Source: an uncultured bacterium
GTDB lineage: Bacteria; Patescibacteriota; Dojkabacteria; J137
Direction: 5' to 3'
Length of the DNA: 64,000 nucleotides
NCBI GenBank assembly: GCA_963700155.1
Contig: OY969472.1
Location: forward strand, 1,064,690-1,128,689
Below are positions 1 to 9,364 of this stretch, one piece after another (position 1 is the stretch's first letter; every line of letters starts with the position of its first letter). Position numbers and translations under genes: made by a program. The notes under the pieces are model-generated. The model did not search any database and was not told where the DNA came from. It was given only the letters and a program-made list of their open reading frames with translations.

Positions 1-1
1 A

Positions 2-1315
2 AATGGTTTGAAATGTATTCTATACAAAAGAAGTGATGTTCACTCTATAAATGTTTCAGTTGTCGTCAACGTTGGAGCATTAGATGAAAATATACAAAAC
101 AATGGAGTTTTTCATGTAATGGAGCATTTAGCACTTGATGGAACTAAAGAATTGAGTACATGGGACAAAGTTAATGATTTTGTTAATAACATATCAGCAA
201 GCAGTAATGCTTATACTGCTTTTGACCATACAAAATATTATGGTACTTTTCCTGATAAGTATGCTGAGGAAGCTGTTTATTTTCTTTCTCAAGTAGTTTT
301 ACATCCTCTACATAAAGACTCAGATTTAAATAAAGAAAGAATAATTATTTTAGACGAGATGGCTGGATATGAAGATTCAATAGGACAAAAAATATATAGG
401 ACAATGATTGAAAATAGATATCAAAAAATTGGTACTTCGTTTACTTTTGATATTATTGGAACAAAAGAAAATATAAAAAGATTTCAACAAAAGGACATTC
501 TAATTAATTATAAAGAAGCATATGTACCTGAGAATATGGAAATCTATATCGTAGGGAATTTTGATGTGGATGATATGAAAAAGTATATCTTGAAATATTT
601 TAATGATGATGTAAAAAAAATTAAATTTGGGAAAAAACCCAATAGAATATTTCATAAAAAATTCCCTGAATATTCCACTTTTAATATAAATGTTGGACAG
701 AAACTGGATTTAAATCAATATTATTTAACAATTAGTTTCCCTTGCTACGAATTCGCATTAACTACTCAAAGGAAAAGACATTTGTTAGGATTCTTATCTT
801 CAATGACAGCATCAGCTCAATATCAAAATTCAGTTCTTTGGAAAAGACTTAGAGAAGAATTGGGAATAGTCTACGGAGTAAATTCATGGTCACATTCGAT
901 GTATAATCGTGCTTTTTTCGCAATAGAAACCTCTTTTAATCCTGAGTATTTAGAAACAGTTATGAAGGAAATTTATAATGGTGTTAATACGATTTTAAAT
1001 GGAAAAATTTCTGATGATATTTTTAAAAGTAGACAAAAAAGAATTATTGATACCGAATTAATGAGATATGATAACCCTAATAATATTTTAAGTTGGATAG
1101 TTGATCAAGAAGATGAGCTTGCTATTCATCAAGAAAGTTTATCAATAAAAAAATATTTGGATCTAATTCAAAGTTATAAATTTAATGATGTTCTTCAAAC
1201 CGCAAAAGATACATTTGATTGGAATAAAGCAAATATTACAATTGTTTCAAAAGAGGATCCTGTAAAAGTTAAGAAAATGGCTGAAGGTATATGGAATAAA
1301 ATAACAAATGACTAA
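2..1315 (+). CDS. M16 family zinc metallopeptidase (insulinase-like), 5' partial at window edge
   Basis: HxxEH inverzincin motif (HVMEH) near the N-terminus. The reading frame is open to the window start, so the gene is truncated by the window; the listed start is TTG. Confidence 0.6.
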   Translation, partial: NGLKCILYKRSDVHSINVSVVVNVGALDENIQNNGVFHVMEHLALDGTKELSTWDKVNDFVNNISASSNAYTAFDHTKYYGTFPDKYAEEAVYFLSQVVLHPLHKDSDLNKERIIILDEMAGYEDSIGQKIYRTMIENRYQKIGTSFTFDIIGTKENIKRFQQKDILINYKEAYVPENMEIYIVGNFDVDDMKKYILKYFNDDVKKIKFGKKPNRIFHKKFPEYSTFNINVGQKLDLNQYYLTISFPCYEFALTTQRKRHLLGFLSSMTASAQYQNSVLWKRLREELGIVYGVNSWSHSMYNRAFFAIETSFNPEYLETVMKEIYNGVNTILNGKISDDIFKSRQKRIIDTELMRYDNPNNILSWIVDQEDELAIHQESLSIKKYLDLIQSYKFNDVLQTAKDTFDWNKANITIVSKEDPVKVKKMAEGIWNKITND

Positions 1316-1556
1316 AAAATCTTCTCCTAAAAAAAAGAAAATTAAAATTAATCCAGATATGAATTTAGCCGAATTCATAATCCAATACCCTGATCTTGTT
1401 GATGTTTTAATGTATGAATTCGGCTTTCATTGTGTTAACTGTATTTTTTCAGGAATGGATACCATTAGACAAGGTGCATCTTTGCATATGATAGAAGGAA
1501 ATGATTTTGATGAAATGATTGAGTATCTTGAAGACTATATTAATAACCCAGAATAA
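1308..1556 (+). CDS. DUF1858-like small protein (hybrid-cluster-protein-associated redox disulfide domain family)
   Basis: 82 aa; the pattern YPDLVDVLMYEFGFHCVNC...G..TI is typical of DUF1858. It overlaps the upstream gene by 8 bp. Confidence 0.45.
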   Translation: MTKKSSPKKKKIKINPDMNLAEFIIQYPDLVDVLMYEFGFHCVNCIFSGMDTIRQGASLHMIEGNDFDEMIEYLEDYINNPE

Positions 1557-1563
1557 TTTGGGA

Positions 1564-2238
1564 TTACTTGTCCAACAATTCTTTTAGATTTTGTAAGTTA
1601 GTACTCCATTCTTTCTTTTCAGTATCAAACCACTCTAATCCTTCGAATTGAAGTTTATATTTTGAGCTTGGTTCAACAACTGAACCAAGGTAGATATATT
1701 TTTTATTACTTGTTTTTGCCCATTCAATTGCTTTTGTCATCATTGCAATACCTAAATTGTTTTCTTTTGGAATATTAAGATCATAAAATGGATAAGCATA
1801 ATGGATCATTTCATTATTTATATAAGACAAACAGTAGCCTAAAGTTTTATTTACTTCGTTATATGTATAGATAAATACTGAGTTCATATTTGATTTATCA
1901 GGTTCTTGAAACATTTCCTTTATCTTTGAAGCACTCATTGTTCCGTCACCAAATTTTTGAGTGTAGAAAGTTTTACCTAGGGCATGTATTTCCCACGAAT
2001 AGTTTTCTAAAGGCAAATTTTGAACTTCTAACTTTAAATTATCATTCTTCCTAAGAATTCTTCTGTTCTCTGAATTAAGTTCAAAATTTGCTAAATTAAT
2101 TCTTAAAGATCGAGTTTGTATCATATTACCTTTTGCTGTTCTTGTTAATACAAAACCGTTATTATAGTTTTGAGTAACTTCTTCTTGATTTAATAATGGA
2201 ATACTTAATTCATCAGTTTTAAAATATTTGTTTGTCAT
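1564..2238 (-). CDS. ATE/Bpt-family aminoacyl-tRNA-protein transferase-like (GNAT fold)
   Basis: C-terminal YIYLGSVVEPSSKYKLQFEGLEW resembles the Bpt/ATE_C signature (YLGYW...YK..F.P.E.L). Size is about 224 aa, as in bacterial Bpt. Confidence 0.4.
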   Translation of the reverse strand: MTNKYFKTDELSIPLLNQEEVTQNYNNGFVLTRTAKGNMIQTRSLRINLANFELNSENRRILRKNDNLKLEVQNLPLENYSWEIHALGKTFYTQKFGDGTMSASKIKEMFQEPDKSNMNSVFIYTYNEVNKTLGYCLSYINNEMIHYAYPFYDLNIPKENNLGIAMMTKAIEWAKTSNKKYIYLGSVVEPSSKYKLQFEGLEWFDTEKKEWSTNLQNLKELLDK

Positions 2239-2344
2239 ACTTTAGTTTATAATTTATTAATTCTAAGATTTTTAATTAATAAAGTCCAATAAGAATTTAT
2301 ATTGAACAAATAGATTATATCTCATAAAATACATTATATTTATT

Positions 2345-2716
2345 ATGGCAAATAATATAGATAATATTAATAGTAAGATTGATTATTTGATTAGCGTTCA
2401 TAACGAAAACCAAGATACTACAATCGAAAATCTAGATTTATTTTCTCATGTTATTGCAGGGTTATTTCAGATATTGGCTATGAAAGGTGGCGAGGTCACA
2501 GAAGATGAAATAAAAGAGGATTTGGATATACTATTTCTTAAATTAAAAGATAAAATTGTTGGTGATATTGAACAAGAATTTAGAAATTATATAAAAAACG
2601 AGATAAATAGATATAAAGGTTTTATTGAAATAAATGATGTTTATAGTTTGGATTTCATAACTTTAAAATTAAGATTTACCAATTATATGTATAATTTAAT
2701 AAAAACCGAATATTAA
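2345..2716 (+). CDS. hypothetical protein
   Basis: 123 aa ORF; acidic and helical; no recognisable motif. Confidence 0.4.
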   Translation: MANNIDNINSKIDYLISVHNENQDTTIENLDLFSHVIAGLFQILAMKGGEVTEDEIKEDLDILFLKLKDKIVGDIEQEFRNYIKNEINRYKGFIEINDVYSLDFITLKLRFTNYMYNLIKTEY

Positions 2717-2777
2717 AAAAGTTATTTAACTTTTACTTATAATATAAAATTAATATTATTCATTAATTCTCCTAAAA

Positions 2778-3263
2778 ATGTCTCAAGATTACAAAGAACA
2801 GCTAGAAAGTTATTCTGATTTATCAAATCTAGAACCTATAGATCTTATCGAAAGTTATATTAATCATGATAATAAAGAATTATTTTATAATAGACTTTAT
2901 AATGTTGTGCTTAATATAACTGTTAGTTCGGATTTTAAAAATTTAAATGAAAAAGCAGAAATAATTGGTATCCCAAAGTTAGTTCAAGCAATTTTTGGAG
3001 AGCTCCCTGCAATTCTTATAGAATATACAAGCTCTACTAATGAAAAATTGGAAGAATATACTTTTAAGAATATACTGGAAGATCTAAGAGAAGATCTTAG
3101 TAAATATTTTAATATTAACCTTAATCCGATATTTCAAGATTATTATCATAACCTACATATTTTGATACCCCCAGAGCCTAGTTATTTTGATGCAATTGTA
3201 AAATCATTTTACGAGAACTACGAAAAAGAACTAAACAAAATATCAAATAATGCTATTGCATAA
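2778..3263 (+). CDS. hypothetical protein
   Basis: 161 aa ORF; no recognisable motif. Confidence 0.4.
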   Translation: MSQDYKEQLESYSDLSNLEPIDLIESYINHDNKELFYNRLYNVVLNITVSSDFKNLNEKAEIIGIPKLVQAIFGELPAILIEYTSSTNEKLEEYTFKNILEDLREDLSKYFNINLNPIFQDYYHNLHILIPPEPSYFDAIVKSFYENYEKELNKISNNAIA

Positions 3264-3415
3264 TGTATAGTGCTAATTTATAATCACACCTATGAATTTA
3301 AGTATCGAGTTTCAAAAACCTACAATTTTAAAGAAGTCAAAGCAATTCTAATTGCTACTGGCTTTCTTCTGATGTTTCCCTCTTAAAAACAATAGAATAA
3401 AGTTAATATTAATTT

Positions 3416-3793
3416 ATGGGTAATATTGATAAAACTAAAATTGAATATACAATTCTAGAGTACATCTTTGAAGGTCATGTCGACAATGACTTAATTTTAA
3501 ATGTTGATGATTTCTTAAATTATCTTGAATTATTAAGTGATTCTGAAAAGCTTAATATTTTAAATACACTATCAATATTAAAGGATAAATATAAAAGGTA
3601 TAATCATTTGGAAGAATATATTAAAATTAGAATTAGAAATTATGGAGTTGGTTTGATTATTATTGAAATCGAAACCACTCTACCTATTGTAAGTGATAAA
3701 TATTTAGAAAGCACATTATTTCAAGAAAGGGGAAACTGTAGAGTTGCAAACTCTTCAGGACCTTATAATAGTTCAAAATTGTTAGAATCGTAG
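3416..3793 (+). CDS. hypothetical protein
   Basis: 125 aa ORF immediately upstream of lysS; no recognisable motif. Confidence 0.35.
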   Translation: MGNIDKTKIEYTILEYIFEGHVDNDLILNVDDFLNYLELLSDSEKLNILNTLSILKDKYKRYNHLEEYIKIRIRNYGVGLIIIEIETTLPIVSDKYLESTLFQERGNCRVANSSGPYNSSKLLES

Positions 3794-3812
3794 TAATTAT
3801 TAAATAAGTAAA

Positions 3813-5354
3813 ATGGATGATAAAAAAAGTTCAGATTTAATTGGTCAAAGAAAACAAAGACTCGAAAAAGTTAAAAAGTTAAGAGATTTAGGTATAGACC
3901 CTTATCCAGCTAAATCTTTTAGAACTAACACTATAAAAGAAATTATTGATAACCCAGAACAATATTTGGTTGAGCAAGAAAAGAAGGGGAAAGAGGTTGT
4001 CTTAGCAGGAAGAATTACTAGTTGGAGAGGGCACGGGAAATTAGCCTTTGCTGATTTGGTAGATCAGGATGCTAAAATACAACTTTATATTAAAGATGAT
4101 GTATTGTCAGTAAAGGAGATTGAAGGTGGAAGGACACTCTCTTTTGATGAACTTGAACTAGTAGATGTTTATGATTTTATCGAGGTTTATGGTCAAATTA
4201 CTAAAACAAGAAGAGGTGAGCTTTCAATTCTTGTTAAACATTTAAGAATTTTAACTAAAGTATTAAGGCCACTGCCTACTTCACTTGAAGACAAAGAAGA
4301 AAGATTTAGAAGAAGATATGTTGATATGGCTGTTCATCCTGAAATTCGTGAACGAATGGAAAGAAGGTCACTTTTTTGGCAAGCACACAGAGAATTTTTG
4401 AATCAAAGAGGTTTTTATGAAATTAATATACCAGTTTTAGAGCATGTCCCTGGTGGTGGTGATGCTGTACCTTTTACTACACATATGAATGCTTTAGACG
4501 AGGACTTTTATCTTAGAATCTCTCATGAACTTCCATTAAAACGTCTAATTGGAGGAGGCTTTGAGAAAGTATATGATATTGGTGCAAGATTTAGAAATGA
4601 AGGATTATCTGATGAACATTTGCCCGAACATATAGCAATGGAATTTTATTGGGCATATGCGGATTGGAAAGATGGTATGAAATTTATTCAAGAATTATTT
4701 ACTTATGTTATAGGTAGAGTTTATGGTGATAAAAAAGTATTTAAAATTAGAGAATTTGAAGTAGATTTTTCAAAAGATTGGGAGATTGTTGATTTCAATA
4801 AAATAATGCAGGATAAATATGGTATCAAAAATATCTACTCAATTACTTTAGATGAAGTTAAAGAACTTCTAAGTAAAAATGAAATAGAATTTGATAGAAG
4901 CGTAAATATAGCAAGAGGTGTTGATGCATTATGGAAAAGGCTAAGAAAGACAATTCAAGGACCAGCATTTTTAGTAAATCATCCTAAATTTTTATCACCA
5001 TTACAGAAACCAAGTTTAGAAAATCCAAATATGGTTGAAAGATTTCAGCCGATTATTGCTGGAAGTGAATTAGGAAACGGCTGGAGCGAGGTTAATGATG
5101 CAGTTGATCAATATCAAAGATTTGTAGAGCAGCAAAATTTAAGAGATTCAGGAGATGCTGAAGCTCAATGGCTTGATGTTGATTACGTTGAGATGCTTGA
5201 ATATGGAATTCCACCTACATTTGGCTGGGGACATTCGGAAAGGGTTTTCTGGTTCTTAGAAGACGTTACTGCGAGAGAAGGTGTACCTTTCCCACAACTT
5301 AAAATGGATTTTGATAATATTACTAAAGAAATTTATCCAGAAGCTTTCGAGTAA
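3813..5354 (+). CDS. lysS: lysine--tRNA ligase, class II
   Basis: 513 aa with an N-terminal OB anticodon-binding domain. Class II motifs are present (FRNEGLS..H.PEH..MEFYWAY, GGGDAVPF, GWG.SERV). Confidence 0.9.
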   Translation: MDDKKSSDLIGQRKQRLEKVKKLRDLGIDPYPAKSFRTNTIKEIIDNPEQYLVEQEKKGKEVVLAGRITSWRGHGKLAFADLVDQDAKIQLYIKDDVLSVKEIEGGRTLSFDELELVDVYDFIEVYGQITKTRRGELSILVKHLRILTKVLRPLPTSLEDKEERFRRRYVDMAVHPEIRERMERRSLFWQAHREFLNQRGFYEINIPVLEHVPGGGDAVPFTTHMNALDEDFYLRISHELPLKRLIGGGFEKVYDIGARFRNEGLSDEHLPEHIAMEFYWAYADWKDGMKFIQELFTYVIGRVYGDKKVFKIREFEVDFSKDWEIVDFNKIMQDKYGIKNIYSITLDEVKELLSKNEIEFDRSVNIARGVDALWKRLRKTIQGPAFLVNHPKFLSPLQKPSLENPNMVERFQPIIAGSELGNGWSEVNDAVDQYQRFVEQQNLRDSGDAEAQWLDVDYVEMLEYGIPPTFGWGHSERVFWFLEDVTAREGVPFPQLKMDFDNITKEIYPEAFE

Positions 5355-5384
5355 TTATTTCTAAAGAATTAAGAAAGGTATTAG

Positions 5385-5410
5385 CGCCGTCGTTTTACCG
5401 AACGGCGCCG
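5385..5410. terminator. GC-rich hairpin (GCGCCG-N13-CGGCGC) between lysS and the minus-strand GC-rich RNA
   Basis: An 8-bp GC stem. On the minus strand it is followed by a U-rich tract (UAAUACCUUUCUU). The plus-strand side lacks a U tract, so it more likely terminates the minus-strand transcript. Confidence 0.4.
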
Positions 5411-5712
5411 AGGTACGGCTTTCCTAGCCTTGCCTCCAGGTCGGTTAGTACCGTTGCCTTAGGAGAACCAAAGTCCTCCAATGACCGATGAGCGATGTGG
5501 TCTGCTAGACGACAACTCTGAATCTGATGAGGTTGTTCGCCTGACGGTTCGCGGCGTTGAGGATGAGAATTCCTTCTTCGCGGCGAGTTTCATTGGAGTT
5601 ACCCTTAGAACCGTACATGATGCAAATCCTCCACTATTCATCGGTCTGCTCAGGCTCTGCCTTGTGAGCATCGGCCATGTGCATTGGCAAGAATATATCA
5701 TAGATAGTTTTT
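5385..5712 (-). ncRNA. GC-rich structured RNA candidate, possibly RNase P RNA (rnpB-like); identity unconfirmed
   Basis: About 52% GC across 330 nt in a roughly 28% GC genome. Both overlapping ORFs (5459-5743 minus, 5481-5714 plus) translate to implausible low-complexity proteins. Minus-strand blocks resemble RNase P type-A conserved regions, in the correct 5'-to-3' order (compared with E. coli M1 RNA recalled from memory). GCUCACAAGGCAGAGCC resembles GGGCUCCAUAGGGCAGGGUGCC. UAAGGGUAACUCCAAUGAAAC...GCCGCGAAGAAGG resembles GUAAGGGUGAAAGGGUGCGGUAAGAGCG. GCAGACCACAUCGCUCAUCGGUCAU resembles ACAGAACCCGGCUUAUCGGUCAG. There is long-range complementarity: AUGGCCGAUG with CAUCGGUCAU, and ACCGAUGA with UCAUCGGU. 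The element ends in a terminator hairpin. Confidence 0.35.
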
Positions 5713-5736
5713 GATGACAATAAATTTTGACAAAGT

Positions 5737-5766
5737 TTTTCAATAAGAAATATAATTAATTAATAT
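5737..5766 (+). promoter_or_regulatory. sigma70-like promoter TTGACA-N18-TATAAT upstream of the ORF at 5781
   Basis: Exact consensus -35 (5737-5742) and -10 (5761-5766) hexamers. The ATG lies about 15 nt downstream, so the leader would be very short. Confidence 0.3.
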
Positions 5767-5780
5767 TTTTAAATAAATAT

Positions 5781-6134
5781 ATGATTAGTCTTATAAAATT
5801 AAAACTTAATAAAATATTTAAAAATGAATTTCAAGAATTTGAAGACAATAAATCGGAAACTCAACAGCACTTGGAAGACATACTTATTAAATTTACAAAA
5901 GAGTATAAGCATGATTTAGCATTTGCATATGATATGCAAGATATGTATGGCACAGTAGAAGTTTTTAGGAAATATAAACCTTTAGTAGCAGAATTTTATA
6001 ATAATATTTTAAATTCAAATATTGATGAGGAATTATATGTTGAATATTTATCAATAAAGAATGGACTTCCTATGTATATTATTAGAGATCTTCTAACTGA
6101 ATCACAGGAATTGCTTAATCTATCAGAATCCTAA
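5781..6134 (+). CDS. hypothetical protein
   Basis: 117 aa ORF. Confidence 0.4.
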   Translation: MISLIKLKLNKIFKNEFQEFEDNKSETQQHLEDILIKFTKEYKHDLAFAYDMQDMYGTVEVFRKYKPLVAEFYNNILNSNIDEELYVEYLSIKNGLPMYIIRDLLTESQELLNLSES

Positions 6135-6136
6135 AA

Positions 6137-7036
6137 TTAAATAGAAGTCACTTTTGTTAAATGATAATTTCGACCTATACCTTCAAACCAGGTTCTTTGT
6201 CGCTTTGCATACTGTTTGTGGGCGAATTTCACTAATTCAACACACTTTTCAAGAGAAATTCGCCCTTCTAGGTACTCTACAGCTTGTTTATATCCCATGA
6301 TTTGAAGCCCAGGATCATCTTTTTTATATCCTAATTCAAGTATTTTTTTAGTTTCTTCAATAAGCCCATCTTTAAACATTTGCTCAACTCTATTTTCAAT
6401 CTTAATTTTTAACTTATTCCAGTCATATTCTGGATATAAAAATAAGTAATCGTATTCATGTAACGTATCATTTGAAAATATATCTTTTTCAGATTGGTTT
6501 ACAATACTTCCACTTTCGGCTTTTTCTATTAGACGTATCAGTCTTCTTGGATTATTTCTATCACTTTGATTTAAACTTTCAAATTTTTGATGATCTATTT
6601 TATTTAATTGTTTTTGAAGTTCATTTATATTTAACTGCTCTAGTTTGTTTCTCAATTCTAAATCTTGTTCTTCATTTAGATTGTAATTTTTAATAATCGA
6701 ATCTATGTATAATCCTGTCCCACCAACTAAAATCGGCAGCTTGCCACGTAAGCTTATTTCTTTTATAGATTTTCGGGCAAGCTGCCTCCATTCAAAAACA
6801 TTAAATCTTTTATCTGGAGTGATTAAATTAATTAAATGAATCGGAATTTTTTCAATTAAAAATTCATTCTTATTAATTTGCTTTATTTTTCCTTTATTAG
6901 TGCCAATATCTAAATATTTATAAACCTGTCTTGAGTCTGCATTTATTAATTCTCCATTATTGTTTTTCGCAATTTCTAAAGCTATATTTGTTTTTCCCGT
7001 AGCTGTAGGACCACCTATGATTAATATCTTTTCCAT
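6137..7036 (-). CDS. miaA: tRNA dimethylallyltransferase
   Basis: N-terminal P-loop IIGGPTATGKT; length and architecture match MiaA. Confidence 0.85.
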   Translation of the reverse strand: MEKILIIGGPTATGKTNIALEIAKNNNGELINADSRQVYKYLDIGTNKGKIKQINKNEFLIEKIPIHLINLITPDKRFNVFEWRQLARKSIKEISLRGKLPILVGGTGLYIDSIIKNYNLNEEQDLELRNKLEQLNINELQKQLNKIDHQKFESLNQSDRNNPRRLIRLIEKAESGSIVNQSEKDIFSNDTLHEYDYLFLYPEYDWNKLKIKIENRVEQMFKDGLIEETKKILELGYKKDDPGLQIMGYKQAVEYLEGRISLEKCVELVKFAHKQYAKRQRTWFEGIGRNYHLTKVTSI

Positions 7037-7038
7037 TA

Positions 7039-7605
7039 TTATTTTGATTTTATTCTGTTAATTAAATTCATGAAGTTTGAATATAGTTTCTCTGCTTCAT
7101 TTATTGTTTCATCATCTAAATTTATTAATTCTTTTTTTTCTTCAATTTTTTTTATAGTTTTATCCAAAGCTTCGTGAAAAAAAAGTTCTCCAGGTGTTTT
7201 ATATATACTGTTAAATAAATTTAGCCATCCTTTTGGTTCTAGATAAGAAATTGAGCAGGCATTCATAAATAATTTTGATTCAAGATATTTCTGTTCTCCA
7301 CCATTATGAGTCTGAATGATTTCAATAATTTTATCTTTTTTTTCTCCAGTTACTTCATACTTTTCCAGAATTTGATCTGCATATGTAACAGCCATCCTAA
7401 TATGCTGACTAGATTTATTAAGCATTGTTGCTTCTTGAAGTTTGTAATCTGCAAGAATAAAACCTAATGTCAGAGCTTCTATGTCACACTCATATTTATT
7501 TAAAAATATATCGATCCATTTATCTCTTAAATCAAGAATTATATCTCCAGGAAGTTCTTTAGAATAAAGTTCATTTTGTAATCTTTGTATAAGTTTTTCT
7601 AACAT
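7039..7605 (-). CDS. hypothetical protein (possibly a degenerate HD-like helical domain)
   Basis: 188 aa, adjacent to miaA on the same strand. No clean HD motif. Confidence 0.3.
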   Translation of the reverse strand: MLEKLIQRLQNELYSKELPGDIILDLRDKWIDIFLNKYECDIEALTLGFILADYKLQEATMLNKSSQHIRMAVTYADQILEKYEVTGEKKDKIIEIIQTHNGGEQKYLESKLFMNACSISYLEPKGWLNLFNSIYKTPGELFFHEALDKTIKKIEEKKELINLDDETINEAEKLYSNFMNLINRIKSK

Positions 7606-7677
7606 AAAAGTAATTATACCAATTCAAATCAGATATAAAAAAGTATAAACTAATAGGTATACATTTTCAGAATAATT

Positions 7678-9036
7678 ATGGATCAAAATGAAATCTTTCT
7701 AAGAATATTAATCACTATTGTATTAGGTGCAGTGCTTGGTCTTGAAACTGAAACTAGAGCTATTGAATCAGAAGGAAAAAAACAAGCTACCCGTGAAGAG
7801 AAAAGAAAAATAGGAGGTTTAAGGACTTATACAGTTCTTTCACTTTTTGGTGGTATTGCTGGAATATTTTATTTAGCAGGTCTAAATATTATTGTATATA
7901 TTTTCTTTATTTCGGTAATGGCCTTCACTATTGCTGCTTATATTTTGAATGTTCAGTTAAAAAAAGCTTTCGGTTTAACAACAGAAATTGCAATTGTTTT
8001 AACATTTGCATTAGGATTTTTAACTACTTCAGCTGTAATACCTTTGCCTGTTGTTATGTTAGCAATAGTTTTATTAACCTTCTTTTTATCACAAAAAAGA
8101 GGTATTGGAGCTGCAATTCAAAAAATACAACATAAAGAAGTGATTGATGTAATAAAATTCGGATTAATTTCTATAGTTATACTGCCTTTGCTCCCAAATC
8201 AAGATATTTTATTAGGTAATATTACACATTTAATAGATCCTACTATATCTATTGCACCTTCATTATCAAATATTGTTTTGATAAATCCGTTTCAAATTTG
8301 GCTTTTAGTAGTATTAATTTCAGGAATAAATTTATTGGCTTATGTTTTAAGTAAATTTTTAGGAAAACAAAAAGGAGTTTTTTTTGCAGGGATTTTCGGT
8401 GGATTAGTATCTTCTACATCAGCAGTTATCTCTTTAGGATTAAAATCTAAAAACGAAAAGAAAGTTGAGAATTCAAAATTATTTTCTGGTGTTGCTTTAA
8501 TTGCAAATTCATTTAGTTTTTTAAGTATTGGGCTTTTAGCTTTTATCACAAGTAAACAATTATTTATTGAACTACTTCCTGTAATGTTACTAATGTTTTT
8601 AACTGGTTTATTAGTCGCTTTTTATTTAGCAAATAAAAGTGATAAAGATGTTAACCAAGAACATAATAATTTAGGATTAAAATATGAAGCTTTTTCAATT
8701 GGGCCAGCAATTAGATTTGTAACATTAATTGTAATTATAAAGTTAGTCGTTCAATTATTGTTAGTACAGAATGTAGATAAGGGAGTCTTAATTGCTATAA
8801 CATCACTTTCTGGTTTAACTGGAATGGATGCAGCTGTAATTGCTTTTGGACAGCTAGTAAATAATTCTGTTATTACCTTAAGTACTGGAATTATCGCCTT
8901 TATGCTTTCAAATTATATAAATTTCTTGGGAAAGTCTGTTTACAGTTTTTTATTCTCAGAGAGAAGATATTTTATTTATTTAACTTTAGGACTAATAGTT
9001 GTAAGTATTTTTGGTGCTTTAGGATTATTGTTGTAA
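7678..9036 (+). CDS. MgtC/SapB family membrane protein with DUF4010-like C-terminal region
   Basis: N-terminal FLRILITIVLGAVLGLETE matches the MgtC signature (LGxxIGxERE). Polytopic membrane protein of about 450 aa. Confidence 0.55.
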   Translation: MDQNEIFLRILITIVLGAVLGLETETRAIESEGKKQATREEKRKIGGLRTYTVLSLFGGIAGIFYLAGLNIIVYIFFISVMAFTIAAYILNVQLKKAFGLTTEIAIVLTFALGFLTTSAVIPLPVVMLAIVLLTFFLSQKRGIGAAIQKIQHKEVIDVIKFGLISIVILPLLPNQDILLGNITHLIDPTISIAPSLSNIVLINPFQIWLLVVLISGINLLAYVLSKFLGKQKGVFFAGIFGGLVSSTSAVISLGLKSKNEKKVENSKLFSGVALIANSFSFLSIGLLAFITSKQLFIELLPVMLLMFLTGLLVAFYLANKSDKDVNQEHNNLGLKYEAFSIGPAIRFVTLIVIIKLVVQLLLVQNVDKGVLIAITSLSGLTGMDAAVIAFGQLVNNSVITLSTGIIAFMLSNYINFLGKSVYSFLFSERRYFIYLTLGLIVVSIFGALGLLL

Positions 9037-9046
9037 AATCATTTCT

Positions 9047-9364
9047 ATGAAAAAATTTACTAAGAATGATGAAGGTTTTATATGTTTCAATTGTAGAAAA
9101 GAAGTTGAACAACTTAATAATTCAAGCAGAGATCACTGTAATTTTTGCTTATATGGATTACATGTTGATATAAATCCAGGGGATCGATTGAATGACTGTA
9201 AAGGTGTTTTAGAACCTATTGGTTTAAAGACTTCTAATGGAAAGACTCAGATTGCATATAAATGCCAGAAATGTGGGAAAATTATTTATTGTAAAAAAGC
9301 TGAAGATGATAATCCAAATAAAATTTTAGAATTAAATACAAAAATCTGGGAGGATTCTAATTAA
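9047..9364 (+). CDS. small zinc-ribbon protein, RNHCP-like
   Basis: 105 aa with several CxxC pairs (CFNC, CNFC, CQKC); RDHCNFC resembles the RNHCP motif. Confidence 0.35.
   Translation: MKKFTKNDEGFICFNCRKEVEQLNNSSRDHCNFCLYGLHVDINPGDRLNDCKGVLEPIGLKTSNGKTQIAYKCQKCGKIIYCKKAEDDNPNKILELNTKIWEDSN

Noticed and set aside
5385-5715. tmRNA (ssrA) hypothesis for the GC-rich element
   Set aside because: No tRNA-like T-arm (GGUUCGAnUCC), no GGGG...CCCC acceptor pairing, and no tag reading frame ending in the usual (L/V)AA plus stop. An ANNLIRFRVVV-stop frame exists but lacks the flanking structure. RNase P-like blocks fit better.
5459-5743. ORFs on both strands (5459-5743 minus, 5481-5714 plus) across the GC-rich island
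   Set aside because: The translations are low-complexity (S/T/R-rich) with no motifs. They mutually overlap. The region has hairpin-terminator architecture typical of an RNA gene, and its GC content is atypical for coding DNA here.
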